This document shows positions 24,001 to 39,000 of a DNA stretch of 64,000 nucleotides, piece by piece. Under the pieces are notes generated by a model. The model did not search any database. It was given only the letters and a program-made list of their open reading frames with translations, and had not been told where the DNA came from. Positions within the stretch are counted from its first letter, which is position 1; every line of letters begins with the position of its first letter. The translations under genes and the position numbers were made by a program. This DNA comes from Leptogorgia sarmentosa (lineage: Eukaryota), in assembly GCA_964658305.1 (NCBI GenBank), contig OZ210884.1:2108001-2172000 (forward strand). The letters run 5' to 3'.

Positions 24001-27000
24001 AATGGAAGCCACAGAAGCAATCAAGTCCCTTCACCTGGTATGGTATATTTGCTATTGCTATTGCTGCTGTTGAGATTCCTTTGAAACAACGGGCTACCCA
24101 TCATCATTTCCTTGCTCGTATTTTTATCACAGGTTTACGAAATTTTCGCCGCACATTGCTCTTGGCATGGTGAATACGCATGGTAAATTTGGTAGCGACA
24201 CCATTCAAAATGGAAGCCACAGAAGCAATCAAGTCCCTTCACCTGGTATGGTATATTTGCTATTGCTATTGCTCCTGTTGAGATTCCTTTGAAACAACGG
24301 GCTACCCATCATCATGCCCTTGCTCGTATTTTTATCACAAGTTTACGACATTTTCGCTGCACATTGCTCTTGGCATGGTGAATAGGCATGGAAAATTTGG
24401 TGGCGACACCATTCAAAATGGAAGCCACAGAAGCAATCAAGTCCCTTCACCTGGTATGGTATATTTGCTATTGCTATTGCTCCTGTTGAGATTCCTTTGA
24501 AACAACGGGCTACCCATCATCATGCCCTTGCTCGTATTTTTATCACAGGTTTACGAAATTTTCGCCGCACATTGCTCTTGGCATGGTGAATACGCATAGT
24601 AAATTTGGTGGCGACACCATTCAAAATGGAAGCCACAGAAGCAATCAAGTCCCTTCACCTGGTATGGTATATTTGCTATTGCTATTGCTCCTGTTGAGAT
24701 TCCTTTGAAACAACGGGCTACCCATCATCATGCCCTTGCTCGTATTTTTATCACAGGTTTACGAAATTTTCGCTGCACATTGCTCTTGGCAAGGTGAATA
24801 CGCATGGTAAATTTAGTGGCGACACCATTCAAAATGGAAGCTACAGAAGCAATCAAGTCCCTTCACCTGGTATGGTATATTTGCTATTGCTATTGCTCCT
24901 GTTAAGATTCCTATGAAACAATGGGCTACCCATCATCATGCCCTTGCTCGTATTTTTATCACAGGTTTACGCAATTTTCGCTGCACATTGCTCTTGGCAT
25001 GGTGAATACGCATGGTAAATTTGGTGGCGACACCATTCAAAATGGAAGCCACACAAGCAATCAAGTCCCTTCACCTGGTATGGTATATTTGCTATTGCTA
25101 TTGCTCCTGTTGAGATTCCTTTGAAACAACGGGCTACCCATCATCATGCCCTTGCTCGTATTTTTATCACAGGTTTACAAAATTTTCGCTGCACATTGCT
25201 CTTGGCATGGTGAATACGCATGGTAAATTTGGTGGCGACACCATTCGAAATGGAAGCAACAGAAGCAATCAAGTCCCTTCACCTGGTATGGTATATTTGC
25301 TATTGCTATTGCTCCTGTTGAGATTCCTTTGAAACAACGGGCTACCCATCATCATGCCCTTGCTCGTATTTTTATCACAGGTTTACGAAATTTTCGCTGC
25401 ACATTGCTCTTGGCATGGTGAATACGCATGGTAAATTTGGTGGCGACACCATTCAAAATGGAAGCCACAGAAGCAATCAAGTCCCTTCACCTGGTATGGT
25501 ATATTTGCTATTGCTATTGCTCCTGTTGAGATTCCTTTGAAACAACGGGCTACCCATCATCATGCCCTTGCTAGTATTTTTATCACAGGTTCACGAAATT
25601 TTCGCTGCTCATTGCTTTTGGCGATGGTGAATACGCATGGTAAATTTGGTGGCGACACCATTCAAAATGGAAGCCACAGAAGCAATCAAGTCCCTTCACC
25701 TGGTATGGTATATTTGCTATTGCTATTGCTCCTGTTGAGATTCCATTGAAACAACGGGCTACCCATCATCATGCCCTTGCTCGTATTTTTATCACAGGTT
25801 TACGACATTTTCGCTGCACATTGCTCTTGGCATGGTGAATACGCATGGTAAATTTGGTGGCGACACCATTCGAAATGGAAGCCACAGAAGCAATCAAGTC
25901 CCTTCACCTGGTATGGTATATTTGCTATTGCTATTGCTCCTGTTGAGATTCCTTTGAAACAACGGGCTACCCATCATCATGCCCTTGCTCGTATTTTTAT
26001 CACAGGTTTACGAACTTTTCGCCGCACATTGCTCTTGGCATGGTGAATACGCATAGTAAATTTGGTGGCGACACCATTCAAAATGGAAGCCACAGAAGCA
26101 ATCAAGTCCCTTCACCTGGTATGGTATATTTGCTATTGCTATTGCTGCTGTTGAGATTCCTTTGAAACAACGGGCTACCCATCATCATTTCCTTGCTCGT
26201 ATTTTTATCACAGGTTTACGAAATTTTCGCCGCACATTGCTCTTGGCATGGTGAATACGCATGGTAAATTTGGTATCGACACCATTCAAAATGGAAGCCA
26301 CAGAAGCAATCAAGTCCCTTCACCTGGTATGGTATATTTGCTATTGCTATTGCTCCTGTTGAGATTCCTTTGAAACAACGGGCTACCCATCATCATGCCC
26401 TTGCTCGTATTTTTATCACAAGTTTACGACATTTTCGCTGCACATTGCTCTTGGCATGGTGAATAGGCATGGAAAATTTGGTGGCGACACCATTCAAAAT
26501 GGAAGCCACAGAAGCAATCAAGTCCCTTCACCTGGTATGGTATATTTGCTATTGCTATTGCTCCTGTTGAGATTCCTTTGAAACAACGGGCTACCCATCA
26601 TCATGCCCTTGCTCGTATTTTTATCACAGGTTTACGAAATTTTCGCCGCACATTGCTCTTGGCATGGTGAATACGCATGGTAAATTTGGTAGCGATACCA
26701 TTCAAAATGGAAGCCACAGAAGCAATCAAGTCCCTTCACCTGGTATGGTATATTTGCTATTGCTATTGCTCCTGTTGAGATTCCTTTGAAACAACGGGCT
26801 ACCCATCATCATGCCCTTGCTCGTATTTTTATCACAAGTTTACGACATTTTCGCTGCACATTGCTCTTGGCATGGTGAATAGGCATGGAAAATTTGGTGG
26901 CGACACCATTCAAAATGGAAGCCACAGAAGCAATCAAGTCCCTTCACCTGGTATGGTATATTTGCTATTGCTATTGCTCCTGTTGAGATTCCTTTGAAAC

Positions 27001-30000
27001 AACGGGCTACCCATCATCATGCCCTTGCTCGTATTTTTATCACAGGTTTACAAAATTTTCGCTGCACATTGCTCTTGGCATGGTGAATACGCATGGTAAA
27101 TTTGGTGTCGACACCATTCGAAATGGAAGCCACAGAAGCAATCAAGTCCCTTCACCTGGTATGGTATATTTGCTATTGCTATTGCTCCTGTTGAGATTCC
27201 TTTGAAACAACGGGCTACCCATCATCATGCCCTTGCTCGTATTTTTATCACAGGTTTACGAAATTTTCGCTGCACATTGCTCTTGGCATGGTGAATACGC
27301 ATGGTAAATTTGGTGGCGACACCATTCAAAATGGAAGCCACAGAAGCAATCAAGTCCCTTCACCTGGTATGGTATATTTGCTATTGCTATTGCTCCTGTT
27401 GAGATTCCTTTGAAACAACGGGCTACCCATCATCATGCCGTTGCTCGTATTTTTATCACAGGTTCACGAAATTTTCGCTGCTCATTGCTTTTGGCGATGG
27501 TGAATACGCATGGTAAATTTGGTGGCGACACCATTCAAAATGGAAGCCACAGAAGCAATCAAGTCCCTTCACCTGGTATGGTATATTTGCTATTGCTATT
27601 GCTCCTGTTGAGATTCCTTTGAAACAACGGGCTACCCATCATCATGCCCTTGCTCGTATTTTTATCACAGGTTTACGAACTTTTAGCCGCACATTGCTCT
27701 TGGCATGGTGAATACGCATAGTAAATTTGGTGGCGACACCATTCAAAATGGAAGCCACAGAAGCAATCAAGTCCCTTCACCTGGTATGGTATATTTGCTA
27801 TTGCTATTGCTGCTGTTGAGATTCCTTTGAAACAACGGGCTACCCATCATCATTTCCTTGCTCGTATTTTTATCACAGGTTTACGAAATTTTCGCCGCAC
27901 ATTGCTCTTGGCATGGTGAATACGCATGGTAAATTTGGTAGCGACACCATTCAAAATGGAAGCCACAGAAGCAATCAAGTCCCTTCACCTGGTATGGTAT
28001 ATTTGCTATTGCTATTGCTCCTGTTGAGATTCCTTTGAAACAACGGGCTACCCATCATCATGCCCTTGCTCGTATTTTTATCACAAGTTTACGACATTTT
28101 CGCTGCACATTGCTCTTGGCATGGTGAATACGCATGGTAAATTTGGTGGCGACACCATTCAAAATGGAAGCCACAGAAGCAATCAAGTCCCTTCACCTGG
28201 TATGGTATATTTGCTATTGCTATTGCTCCTGTTGAGATTCCTTTGAAACAACGGGCTACCCATCATCATGCCCTTGCTCGTATTTTTATCACAAGTTTAC
28301 GACATTTTCGCTGCACATTGCTCTTGGCATGGTGAATACGCATGGTAAATTTGGTGGCGACACCATTCAAAATGGAAGCCACAGAAGCAATCAAGTCCCT
28401 TCACCTGGTATGGTATATTTGCTATTGCTATTGCTCCTGTTGAGATTCCTTTGAAACAACGGGCTACCCATCATCATGCCCTTGCTCGTATTTTTATCAC
28501 AGGTTTACGACATTTTCGCTGCTCATTGCTCTTGGCATGGTGAATACGCATGGTAAATTTGGTTGCGACACCATTCAAAATGGAAGCCACAGAAGCAATC
28601 AAGTCCCTTCACCTGGTATGGTATATTTGCTGTTGCTATTGCTCCTGTTGAGATTCCTTTGAAACAACGGGCTACCCATCATCATGCCCTTGCTCGTATT
28701 TTTATCACAAGTTTACGACATTTTCGCTGCACATTGCTCTTGGCATGGTGAATACGCATGGTAAATTTGGTGGCGACACCATTCAAAATGGAAGCCACAG
28801 AAGCAATCAAGTCCCTTCACCTGGTATGGTATATTTGCTATTGCTATTGCTCCTGTTGAGATTCCTTTGAAACAACGGGCTACCCATCATCATGCCCTTG
28901 CTCGTATTTTTATCACAGTTTTACGAAATTTTCGCTGCACATTGCTCTTGGCATGGTGAATACGCATGGTAAATTTGGTGGCGACACCATTCAAAATGGA
29001 AGCCACTGAAGCAATCAAGTCCCATCACCTGGTATGGTATATTTGCTATTGCTATTGCTCCTGTTGAGATTCCTTTGAAACAACGGGCTACCCATCATCA
29101 TGCCCTTGCTCGTATTTTTATCTCAGGTTTACGAAATTTTCGCTAAACATTGCTCTAGGCATGGTGAATACACATGGTAAATTTGGTGGCGACACCATTC
29201 AAAATGGAAGCCACAGAAGCAATCAAGTCCCTTCACCTGGTATGGTATATTTGCTATTGCTATTGCTCCTGTTGAGATTCCTTTGAAACAACGGGCTACC
29301 CATCATCATGCCCTTGCTCGTATTTTTGTCACAAATTTACGACATTTTCGCTGCACATTGCTCTTGGCATGGTGAATACGCATGGTAAATTTGGTGGCGA
29401 CACCATTCAAAATGGAAGCCACAGAAGCAATCAAGTCCCTTCACCTGGTATGGTATATTTGCTATTGCTATTGCTCCTGTTGAGATTCCTTTGAAACAAC
29501 GGGCTACCCATCATCATGCCCTTGCTCGTATTTTTATCACAGGTTTACGACATTTTCGCTGCACATTGCTCTTGGCATGGTGAATACGCATGGTAAATTT
29601 GGTGGCGACCCCATTCGAAATGGAAGCCACAGAAGCAATCAAGTCCCTTCACCTGGTATGGTATATTTGCTATTGCTATTGCTCCTGTTGAGATTCCTTT
29701 GAAACAACGGGCTACCCATCATCATGCCCTTGCTCGTATTTTTATCTCAGGTTTACGAAATTTTCGCTAAACATTGCTCTAGGCATGGTGAATACACATG
29801 GTAAATTTGGTGGCGACACCATTCAAAATGGAAGCCACAGAAGCAATCAAGTCCCTTCACCTGGTATGGTATATTTGCTATTGCTATTGCTCCTGTTGAG
29901 ATTCCATTGAAACAACGGGCTACCCATCATCATGCCTTTGCTCGTATTTTTATCACAGGTTTACGAAATTTTCGCTGCACATTGCTCCTGGCATGGTGAA

Positions 30001-33000
30001 TACGCATGGTAAATTTGGTGGCGACACCATTCAAAATGGAAGCCACAGAAGCAATCAAGTCCCTTCACCTGGTATGGTATATTTGCTATTGCTATTGCTC
30101 CTGTTGAGATTCCTTTGAAACAACGGGCTACCCATCATCATGCCCTTGTTCGTATTTTTATCACAGGTTTACGAAATTTTCGCTGCACATTGCTCTTGGC
30201 ATGGTGAATACGCATGGTAAATTTGGTGGCGACACCATTCAAAATGGAAGCCACAGAAGCAATCAAGTCCCTTCACCTGGTATGGTATATTTGCTATTGC
30301 TATTGCTCCTGTTGAGATTCCTTTGAAACAACGGGCTACCCATCATGATGCCCTTGCTCGTATTTTTATCACAGGTTTACGAAATTTTCGCTGCACATTG
30401 CTCTTGGCATGGTGAATACGCATGGTAAATTTGGTGGCGACACCAGTCAAAATGGAAGCCACAGAAGCAATCAAGTCCCTTCACCTGGTATGGTATATTT
30501 GCTATTGCTATTGCTCCTGTTGAGATTCCTTTGAAACAACAGGCTGCCCATCATCATGCCCTTGCTCGTATTTTTATCACAGGTTTACGAAATTTTCGCT
30601 GCACATTGGTCTTGGCATGGTGAATACGCATGGTAAAGTTGGTGGCGACACCATTCAAAACTGGAAGCCACAGAAGCAATCAATTCCCTTCACCTGGTAT
30701 GGTATATTTGCTATTGCTCCTGTTGAGATTCCTTTGAAACAACGGGCTACCCATCACCATGCCCTTGCTCGTATTTTTATCGCAGGTTTACGAAATTTTC
30801 GCTGCACATTGCTCTTGGCATGGTGAATACGCATGGTAAATTTGGTGGCGACACCATTCAAAACTGGAAGCCACAGAAGCAATCAAATCCCTTCACCTGG
30901 TATAGTATATTTGCTATTGCTCCTGTTGAGACTCCTTTGAAACAACGGGCTACCCATCATCATGCCCTTGCTCGTATTTTTATCGCAGGTTTACGAAATT
31001 TTCGCTGCACATTGCTCTTGGCATGGTTAATACGCATGGTAAATTTGGTGGCGACACCATTCAAAATGGAAGCCACAGAAGCAATCAAGTTCCTTCACCT
31101 GGTATGGTATATTTGCTCTTGCTATTGCTCCTGTTGAGATTCCTTTGAAACAACGGGCTGCCCATCATCATGCCCTTGCTCGTATTTTTATCACAGGTTT
31201 ACGCAATTTTCGCTACACATTGCTCTTGGCATGGTGAATACGCATGGTAAATTTGGTGGCGACACCATTCAAAATGGAAGCCACAGAAGCAATCAAGTCC
31301 CTTCACCTGGTATGGTATATTTGCTATTGCTATTGCTCCTGTTGAGATTCCATTGAAACAACGGGCTACCCATCATCATGCCTTTGCTCGTATTTTTATC
31401 ACAGGTTTACGAAATTTTCGCTGCACATTGCTCCTGGCATGGTGAATACGCATGGTAAATTTGGTGGCGACACCATTCAAAATGGAAGCCACAGAAGCAA
31501 TCAAGTCCCTTCACCTGGTATGGTATATTTGCTATTGCTATTGCTCCTGTTGAGATTCCTTTGAAACAACGGGCTACCCATCATCATGCCCTTGTTCGTA
31601 TTTTTATCACAGGTTTACGAAATTTTCGCTGCACATTGCTCTTGGCATGGTGAATACGCATGGTAAATTTGGTGGCGACACCATTCAAAATGGAAGCCAC
31701 AGAAGCAATCAAGTCCCTTCACCTGGTATGGTATATTTGCTATTGCTATTGCTCCTGTTGAGATTCCTTTGAAACAACGGGCTACCCATCATGATGCCCT
31801 TGCTCGTATTTTTATCACAGGTTTACGAAATTTTCGCTGCACATTGCTCTTGGCATGGTGAATACGCATGGTAAATTTGGTGGCGACACCAGTCAAAATG
31901 GAAGCCACAGAAGCAATCAAGTCCCTTCACCTGGTATGGTATATTTGCTATTGCTATTGCTCCTGTTGAGATTCCTTTGAAACAACAGGCTGCCCATCAT
32001 CATGCCCTTGCTCGTATTTTTATCACAGGTTTACGAAATTTTCGCTGCACATTGGTCTTGGCATGGTGAATACGCATGGTAAAGTTGGTGGCGACACCAT
32101 TCAAAACTGGAAGCCACAGAAGCAATCAATTCCCTTCACCTGGTATGGTATATTTGCTATTGCTCCTGTTGAGATTCCTTTGAAACAACGGGCTACCCAT
32201 CATCATGCCCTTGCTCGTATTTTTATCGCAGGTTTACGAAATTTTCGCTGCACATTGCTCTTGGCATGGTGAATACGCATGGTAAATTTGGTGGCGACAC
32301 CATTCAAAACTGGAAGCCACAGAAGCAATCAAGTCCCTTCACCTGGTATAGTATATTTGCTATTGCTCCTGTTGAGACTCCTTTGAAACAACGGGCTACC
32401 CATCATCATGCCCTTGCTCGTATTTTTATCGCAGGTTTACGAAATTTTCGCTGCACATTGCTCTTGGCATGGTGAATACGCATGGTAAATTTGGTGGCGA
32501 CACCATTCAAAATGGAAGCCACAGAAGCAATCAAGTTCCTTCACCTGGTATGGTATATTTGCTCTTGCTATTGCTCCTGTTGAGATTCCTTTGAAACAAC
32601 GGGCTGCCCATCATCATGCCCTTGCTCGTATTTTTATCACAGGTTTTCGCAATTTTCGCTACACATTGCTCTTGGCATGGTGAATACGCATGGTAAATTT
32701 GGTGGCGACACCATTCAAAACTGGAAGCCACAGAAGCAATCAAGTCCCTTCACCTGGTATGGTATATTTGCTATTGCTATTGCTCCTGTTGAGATTCCTT
32801 TGAAACAACAGGCTGCCCATCATCATGCCCTTGCTCGTATTTTTATCACAGGTTTACGAAATTTTCGCTGCACATTGCTCTTGGCATTGTGAATACGCAT
32901 GGTAAATTTGGTGGCGACACCATTCAAAATGGAAGCCACAGAAGCAATCATCTCCCTTCACCTGGTATGGTATATTTGCTATTGCTATTGCTCCTGTTGA

Positions 33001-36000
33001 GATTCCTTTGAAACAACGGGCTACCCATCATCATGCCCTTGCTCGCATTTTTACCACACGTTTTCGAAATTTTCGCTGCACATTGCTCTTAGCATGGTGA
33101 ATACGCATGGTAAATTTGGTGGCGACAACATTCAAAATGGAAGCCACTGAAGCAATCAAGTCCCTTCACCTGGTATGGTATATTTGCTATTGCTATTGCT
33201 CCTGTTGAGATTCCTTTGAAACAACGGGCTACCCATCATCATGCCCTTGCTCGTATTTTTATCACAGGTTTACGAAATTTTCGCTGCACATTGCTCTTGG
33301 CATGATGAATACGCATGGTAAATTTGGTGGCGACACCATTCAAAATGGAAGCCACAGAAGCAATCAAGTCCCTTCACCTGGTATGGTATATTTGCTATTG
33401 CTATTGCTCCTGTTGAGATTCCTTTGAAGCAACGGGCTACCCATCATCATGCCCTTGCTCGTATTTTTATCACAGGTTTACGAAATTTTCGCTGTACATT
33501 GCTCTTGGCATGGTGAATACGCATGGTAAATTTGGTGGCGACACCATTCAAAATGGAAGCCACAGAAGCAATCAAGTCCCTTCACCTGGTATGGTATATT
33601 TGCTATTGCTATTGCTCCTGTTGAGATTCCTTTGAAACAACGGGCTACCCATCATCATGCCCTTGCTCGTATTTATATCGCAGGTTTACGAAATTTTCGC
33701 TGCACATTGCTCTTGGCATGGTGAATACGCATGGTAAATTTGGTGGCGACACCATTCAAAACTGGAAGCCACAGAAGCAATCAAATCCCTTCACCTGGTA
33801 TAGTATATTTGCTATTGCTCCTGTTGAGACTCCTTTGAAACAACGGGCTACCCATCATCATGCCCTTGCTCGTATTTTTATCGCAGGTTTACGAAATTTT
33901 CGCTGCACATTGCTCTTGGCATGGTGAATACGCATGGTAAATTTGGTGGCGACACCATTCAAAATGGAAGCCACAGAAGCAATCAAGTTCCTTCACCTGG
34001 TATGGTATATTTGCTCTTGCTATTGCTCCTGTTGAGATTCCTTTGAAACAACGGGCTGCCCATCATCATGCCCTTGCTCGTATTTTTATCACAGGTTTAC
34101 GCAATTTTCGCTACACATTGCTCTTGGCATGGTGAATACGCATGGTAAATTTGGTGGCGACACCATTCAAAACTGGAAGCCACAGAAGCAATCAAGTCCC
34201 TTCACCTGGTATGGTATATTTGCTATTGCTATTGCTCCTGTTGAGATTCCTTTGAAACAACAGGCTGCCCATCATCATGCCCTTGCTCGTATTTTTATCA
34301 CAGGTTTACGAAATTTTCGCTGCACATTGCTCTTGGCATGGTGAATACGCATGGTAAATTTGGTGGCGACACCATTCAAAATGGAAGCCACAGAAGCAAT
34401 CATGTCCCTTCACCTGGTATGGTATATTTGCTATTGCTATTGCTCCTGTTGAGATTCCTTTGAAACAACGGGCTACCCATCATCATGCCCTTGCTCGCAT
34501 TTTTACCACACGTTTTCGAAATTTTCGCTGCACATTGCTCTTAGCATGGTGAATACGCATGGTAAATTTGGTGGCGACAACATTCAAAATGGAAGCCACT
34601 GAAGCAATCAAGTCCCTTCACCTGGTATGGTATATTTGCTATTGCTATTGCTCCTGTTGAGATTCCTTATAAACAACGGGCTACCCATCATCATGCCCTT
34701 GCTCGTATTTTTATCACAGGTTTACAAAATTTTCGCTGCGCATTGCTCTTGGCATGGTGAATACGCATGGTAAATTTGGTGGCGACACCATTCAAAATGG
34801 AAGCCACAGAAGCAATCAAGTCCCTTCACCTGGTATGGTATATTTGCTATTGCTATTGCTCCTGTTGAGATTCCTTATAAACAACGGGCTACCCATCATC
34901 ATGCCCTTGCTCGTATTTTTATCACAGGTTTACAAAATTTTCGCTGCGCATTGCTCTTGGCATGGTGAATACGCATGGTAAATTTGGTGGCGACACCATT
35001 CAAAATGGAAGCCACAGAAGCAATCAAGTCCCTTCACCTGGTATGGTATATTTGCTATTGCTATTGCTCCTGTTGAGATTCCTTTGAAACAACGGGCTAC
35101 CCATCATCATGCCCTTGCTCGTATTTTTATCACAGGTTTACGAAATTTTCGCTGCACATTGCTCTTGGCATGGTGAATACGCATGGTAAATTTGTTGGCG
35201 ACACCATTCAAAATGGAAGCCACAGAAGCAATCAAGTCCCTTCGCCTGGTATGGTATATTTGCTATTGCTATTGCTCCTGTTGAGATTCCTTTGAAACAA
35301 CGGGCTACCCATCATCATGCCCTTGCTCGTATTTTTATCACAGGTTTACGAAATTTTCGCTGCACATTGCTCTTTGCATGGTGAATACGCATGGTAAATT
35401 TGGTGGCGACACTATTCAAAATCGAAGCCACAGAAGCAATCAAGTCCCTTCTCCTGGTATGGTATATTTGCTATTGCTCCTGTTGAGATTCCTTTGAAAC
35501 AACGGGCTACCCATCATCATGCCCTTGCTCGTATTTTTATCACAGGTTTACGAAATTTTCGCTGCGCATTGCTCTTGGCATGGTGAATACGCATGGTAAA
35601 TTTGGTGGCGACACCATTCAAAATGGAAGCCACAGAAGCAATCAAGTCCCTTCACCTGGTATGGTATATTTGCTATTGCTATTGCTCCTGTTGAGATTCC
35701 TTTGAAACAACGGGCTACCCATCATCATGCCCTTACTCGTATTTTTATCACAGGTTTACGAAATTTTCGCTGCACATTGCTCTTAGCATGGTGAATACGC
35801 ATGGTAAATTTGGTGGCGACACCATTCAAAATCGAAGCCACAGAAGCAATCAAGTCCCTTCTCCTGGTATGGTATATTTGCTATTGCTCCTGTTGAGATT
35901 CCTTTGAAACAACGGGATACCCATCATCATGCCCTTGCTCGTATTTTTATCACAGGTTTACGAAATTTTCGCTCACATTGCTCTTGACATGGTGAATACG

Positions 36001-39000
36001 CATGGTAAATTTGGTGGCGACACCATTCAAAATGGAAGCCACAAAAGCAATCAAGTCCCTTCAACTGGTATGGTATATTTGCTATTGCTATTGCTCCTGT
36101 TGAGATTCCTTTGAAACAACGGGCTACCCATCATCATGCCCTTGCTCGCATTTTTACCACACGTTTTCGAAATTTTCGCTGCACATTGCTCTTAGCATGG
36201 TGAATACGCATGGTAAATTTGGTGGCGACAACATTCAAAATGGAAGCCACTGAAGCAATCAAGTCCCTTCACCTGGTATGGTATATTTGCTATTGCTATT
36301 GCTCCTGTTGAGATTCCTTATAAACAACGGGCTACCCATCATCATGCCCTTGCTCGTATTTTTATCACAGGTTTACAAAATTTTCGCTGCGCATTGCTCT
36401 TGGCATGGTGAATACGCATGGTAAATTTGGTGGCGACACCATTCAAAATGGAAGCCACAGAAGCAATCAAGTCCCTTCACCTGGTATGGTATATTTGCTA
36501 TTGCTATTGCTCCTGTTGAGATTCCTTATAAACAACGGGCTACCCATCATCATGCCCTTGCTCGTATTTTTATCACAGGTTTACAAAATTTTCGCTGCGC
36601 ATTGCTCTTGGCATGGTGAATACGCATGGTAAATTTGGTGGCGACACCATTCAAAATGGAAGCCACAGAAGCAATCAAGTCCCTTCACCTGGTATGGTAT
36701 ATTTGCTATTGCTATTGCTCCTGTTGAGATTCCTTTGAAACAACGGGCTACCCATCATCATGCCCTTGCTCGTATTTTTATCACAGGTTTACGAAATTTT
36801 CGCTGCACATTGCTCTTGGCATGGTGAATACGCATGGTAAATTTGTTGGCGACACCATTCAAAATGGAAGCCACAGAAGCAATCAAGTCCCTTCGCCTGG
36901 TATGGTATATTTGCTATTGCTATTGCTCCTGTTGAGATTCCTTTGAAACAACGGGCTACCCATCATCATGCCCTTGCTCGTATTTTTATCACAGGTTTAC
37001 GAAATTTTCGCTGCACATTGCTCTTTGCATGGTGAATACGCATGGTAAATTTGGTGGCGACACCATTCAAAATCGAAGCCACAGAAGCAATCAAGTCCCT
37101 TCTCCTGGTATGGTATATTTGCTATTGCTCCTGTTGAGATTCCTTTGAAACAACGGGCTACCCATCATCATGCCCTTGCTCGTATTTTTATCACAGGTTT
37201 ACGAAATTTTCGCTGCGCATTGCTCTTGGCATGGTGAATACGCATGGTAAATTTGGTGGCGACACCATTCAAAATGGAAGCCACAGAAGCAATCAAGTCC
37301 CTTCACCTGGTATGGTATATTTGCTATTGCTATTGCTCCTGTTGAGATTCCTTTGAAACAACGGGCTACCCATCATCATGCCCTTACTTGTATTTTTATC
37401 ACAGGTTTACGAAATTTTCGCTGCACATTGCTCTTAGCATGGTGAATACGCATGGTAAATTTGGTGGCGACACCATTCAAAATCGAAGCCACAGAAGCAA
37501 TCAAGTCCCTTCTCCTGGTATGGTATATTTGCTATTGCTCCTGTTGAGATTCCTTTGAAACAACGGGATACCCATCATCATGCCCTTGCTCGTATTTTTA
37601 TCACAGGTTTACGAAATTTTCGCTCACATTGCTCTTGACATGGTGAATACGCATGGTAAATTTGGTGGCGACACCATTCAAAATGGAAGCCACAAAAGCA
37701 ATCAAGTCCCTTCAACTGGTATGGTATATTTGCTATTGCTATTGCTCCTGTTGAGATTCCTTTGAAGCAACGGGCTACCCATCATCATGCCCTTGCTCGT
37801 ATTTTTATCACAGGTTTACGAAATTTTCGCTGCACATTGCTCTTGGCATGGTGAATACGCATGGTAAATTTGGTAGCGACACCATTCAAAATGGAAGCCA
37901 CAGAAGCAATCAAGTCCCTTCACCTGGTATGGTATATTTGCTATTGCTATTGCTCCTGTTGAGATTCCTTTGAAACAACGGGCTACCCATCATCATGCCC
38001 TTGCTCGTATTTTTATCACAGGTTTACGAAATTTTCGCTGCACATTGCTCTTGGCATGGTGAATACGCATGGTAAATTTGGTGGCGACACCATTCAAAAT
38101 GGAAGCCACAGAAGCAATCAAGTCCTTTCACCTGGTATGGTATATTTGCTATTGCTCCTGTTGAGTTTCCTTTGAAACAACGGGCTACCCATCATCATGC
38201 CCTTGCTCGTATTTTTATCACAGGTTTACGAAATTTTCGCTCACATTGCTCTTGACATGGTGAATACGCATGGTAAATTTGGTGGCGACACCATTCAAAA
38301 TGGAAGCCACAAAAGCAATCAAGTCCCTTCAACTGGTATGGTATATTTGCTATTGCTATTGCTCCTGTTGAGATTCATTTGAAGCAACGGGCTACCCATC
38401 ATCATGCCCTTGCTCGTATTTTAATCACAGGTTTACGAAATTTTCGCTGCACATTACTCTTGGCATGGTGAATACGTATGGTAAATTTGGTGGCGACACC
38501 ATTCAAAATGGAAGCCACAGAAGCAATCAAGTCCCTTCACCTGGTATGGTATATTTGCTATTGCTATTGCTCCTGTTGAGATTCCTTTGAAACAACGGGC
38601 TACCCATCATCATGCCCTTGCTCGTATTTTTATCACAGGTTTACGAAATTTTCGCTGCACATTGCTCTTGGCATGGTGAATACGCATGGTAAATTTGGTG
38701 GCGACACCATTCAAAATGGAAGCCACAGAAGCAATCAAGTCCCTTCACCTGGTATGGTATATTTGCTATTGCTATTGCTCCTGTTGAGATTCCTTTGAAA
38801 CAACGGGCTATCCATCATCATGCCCTGGCTCGTATTTTTATCACAGGTTTACGAAATTTTCGCTGCGCATTGCTCTTGGCATGGTGAATACGCATGGTAA
38901 ATTTGGTGGCGACACCATTCAAAATGGAAGCCACAGAAGCAGTCAAGTCCCTTCACCTGGTATGGTATATTTGCTATTGCTATTGCTCCTGTTGAGATTC

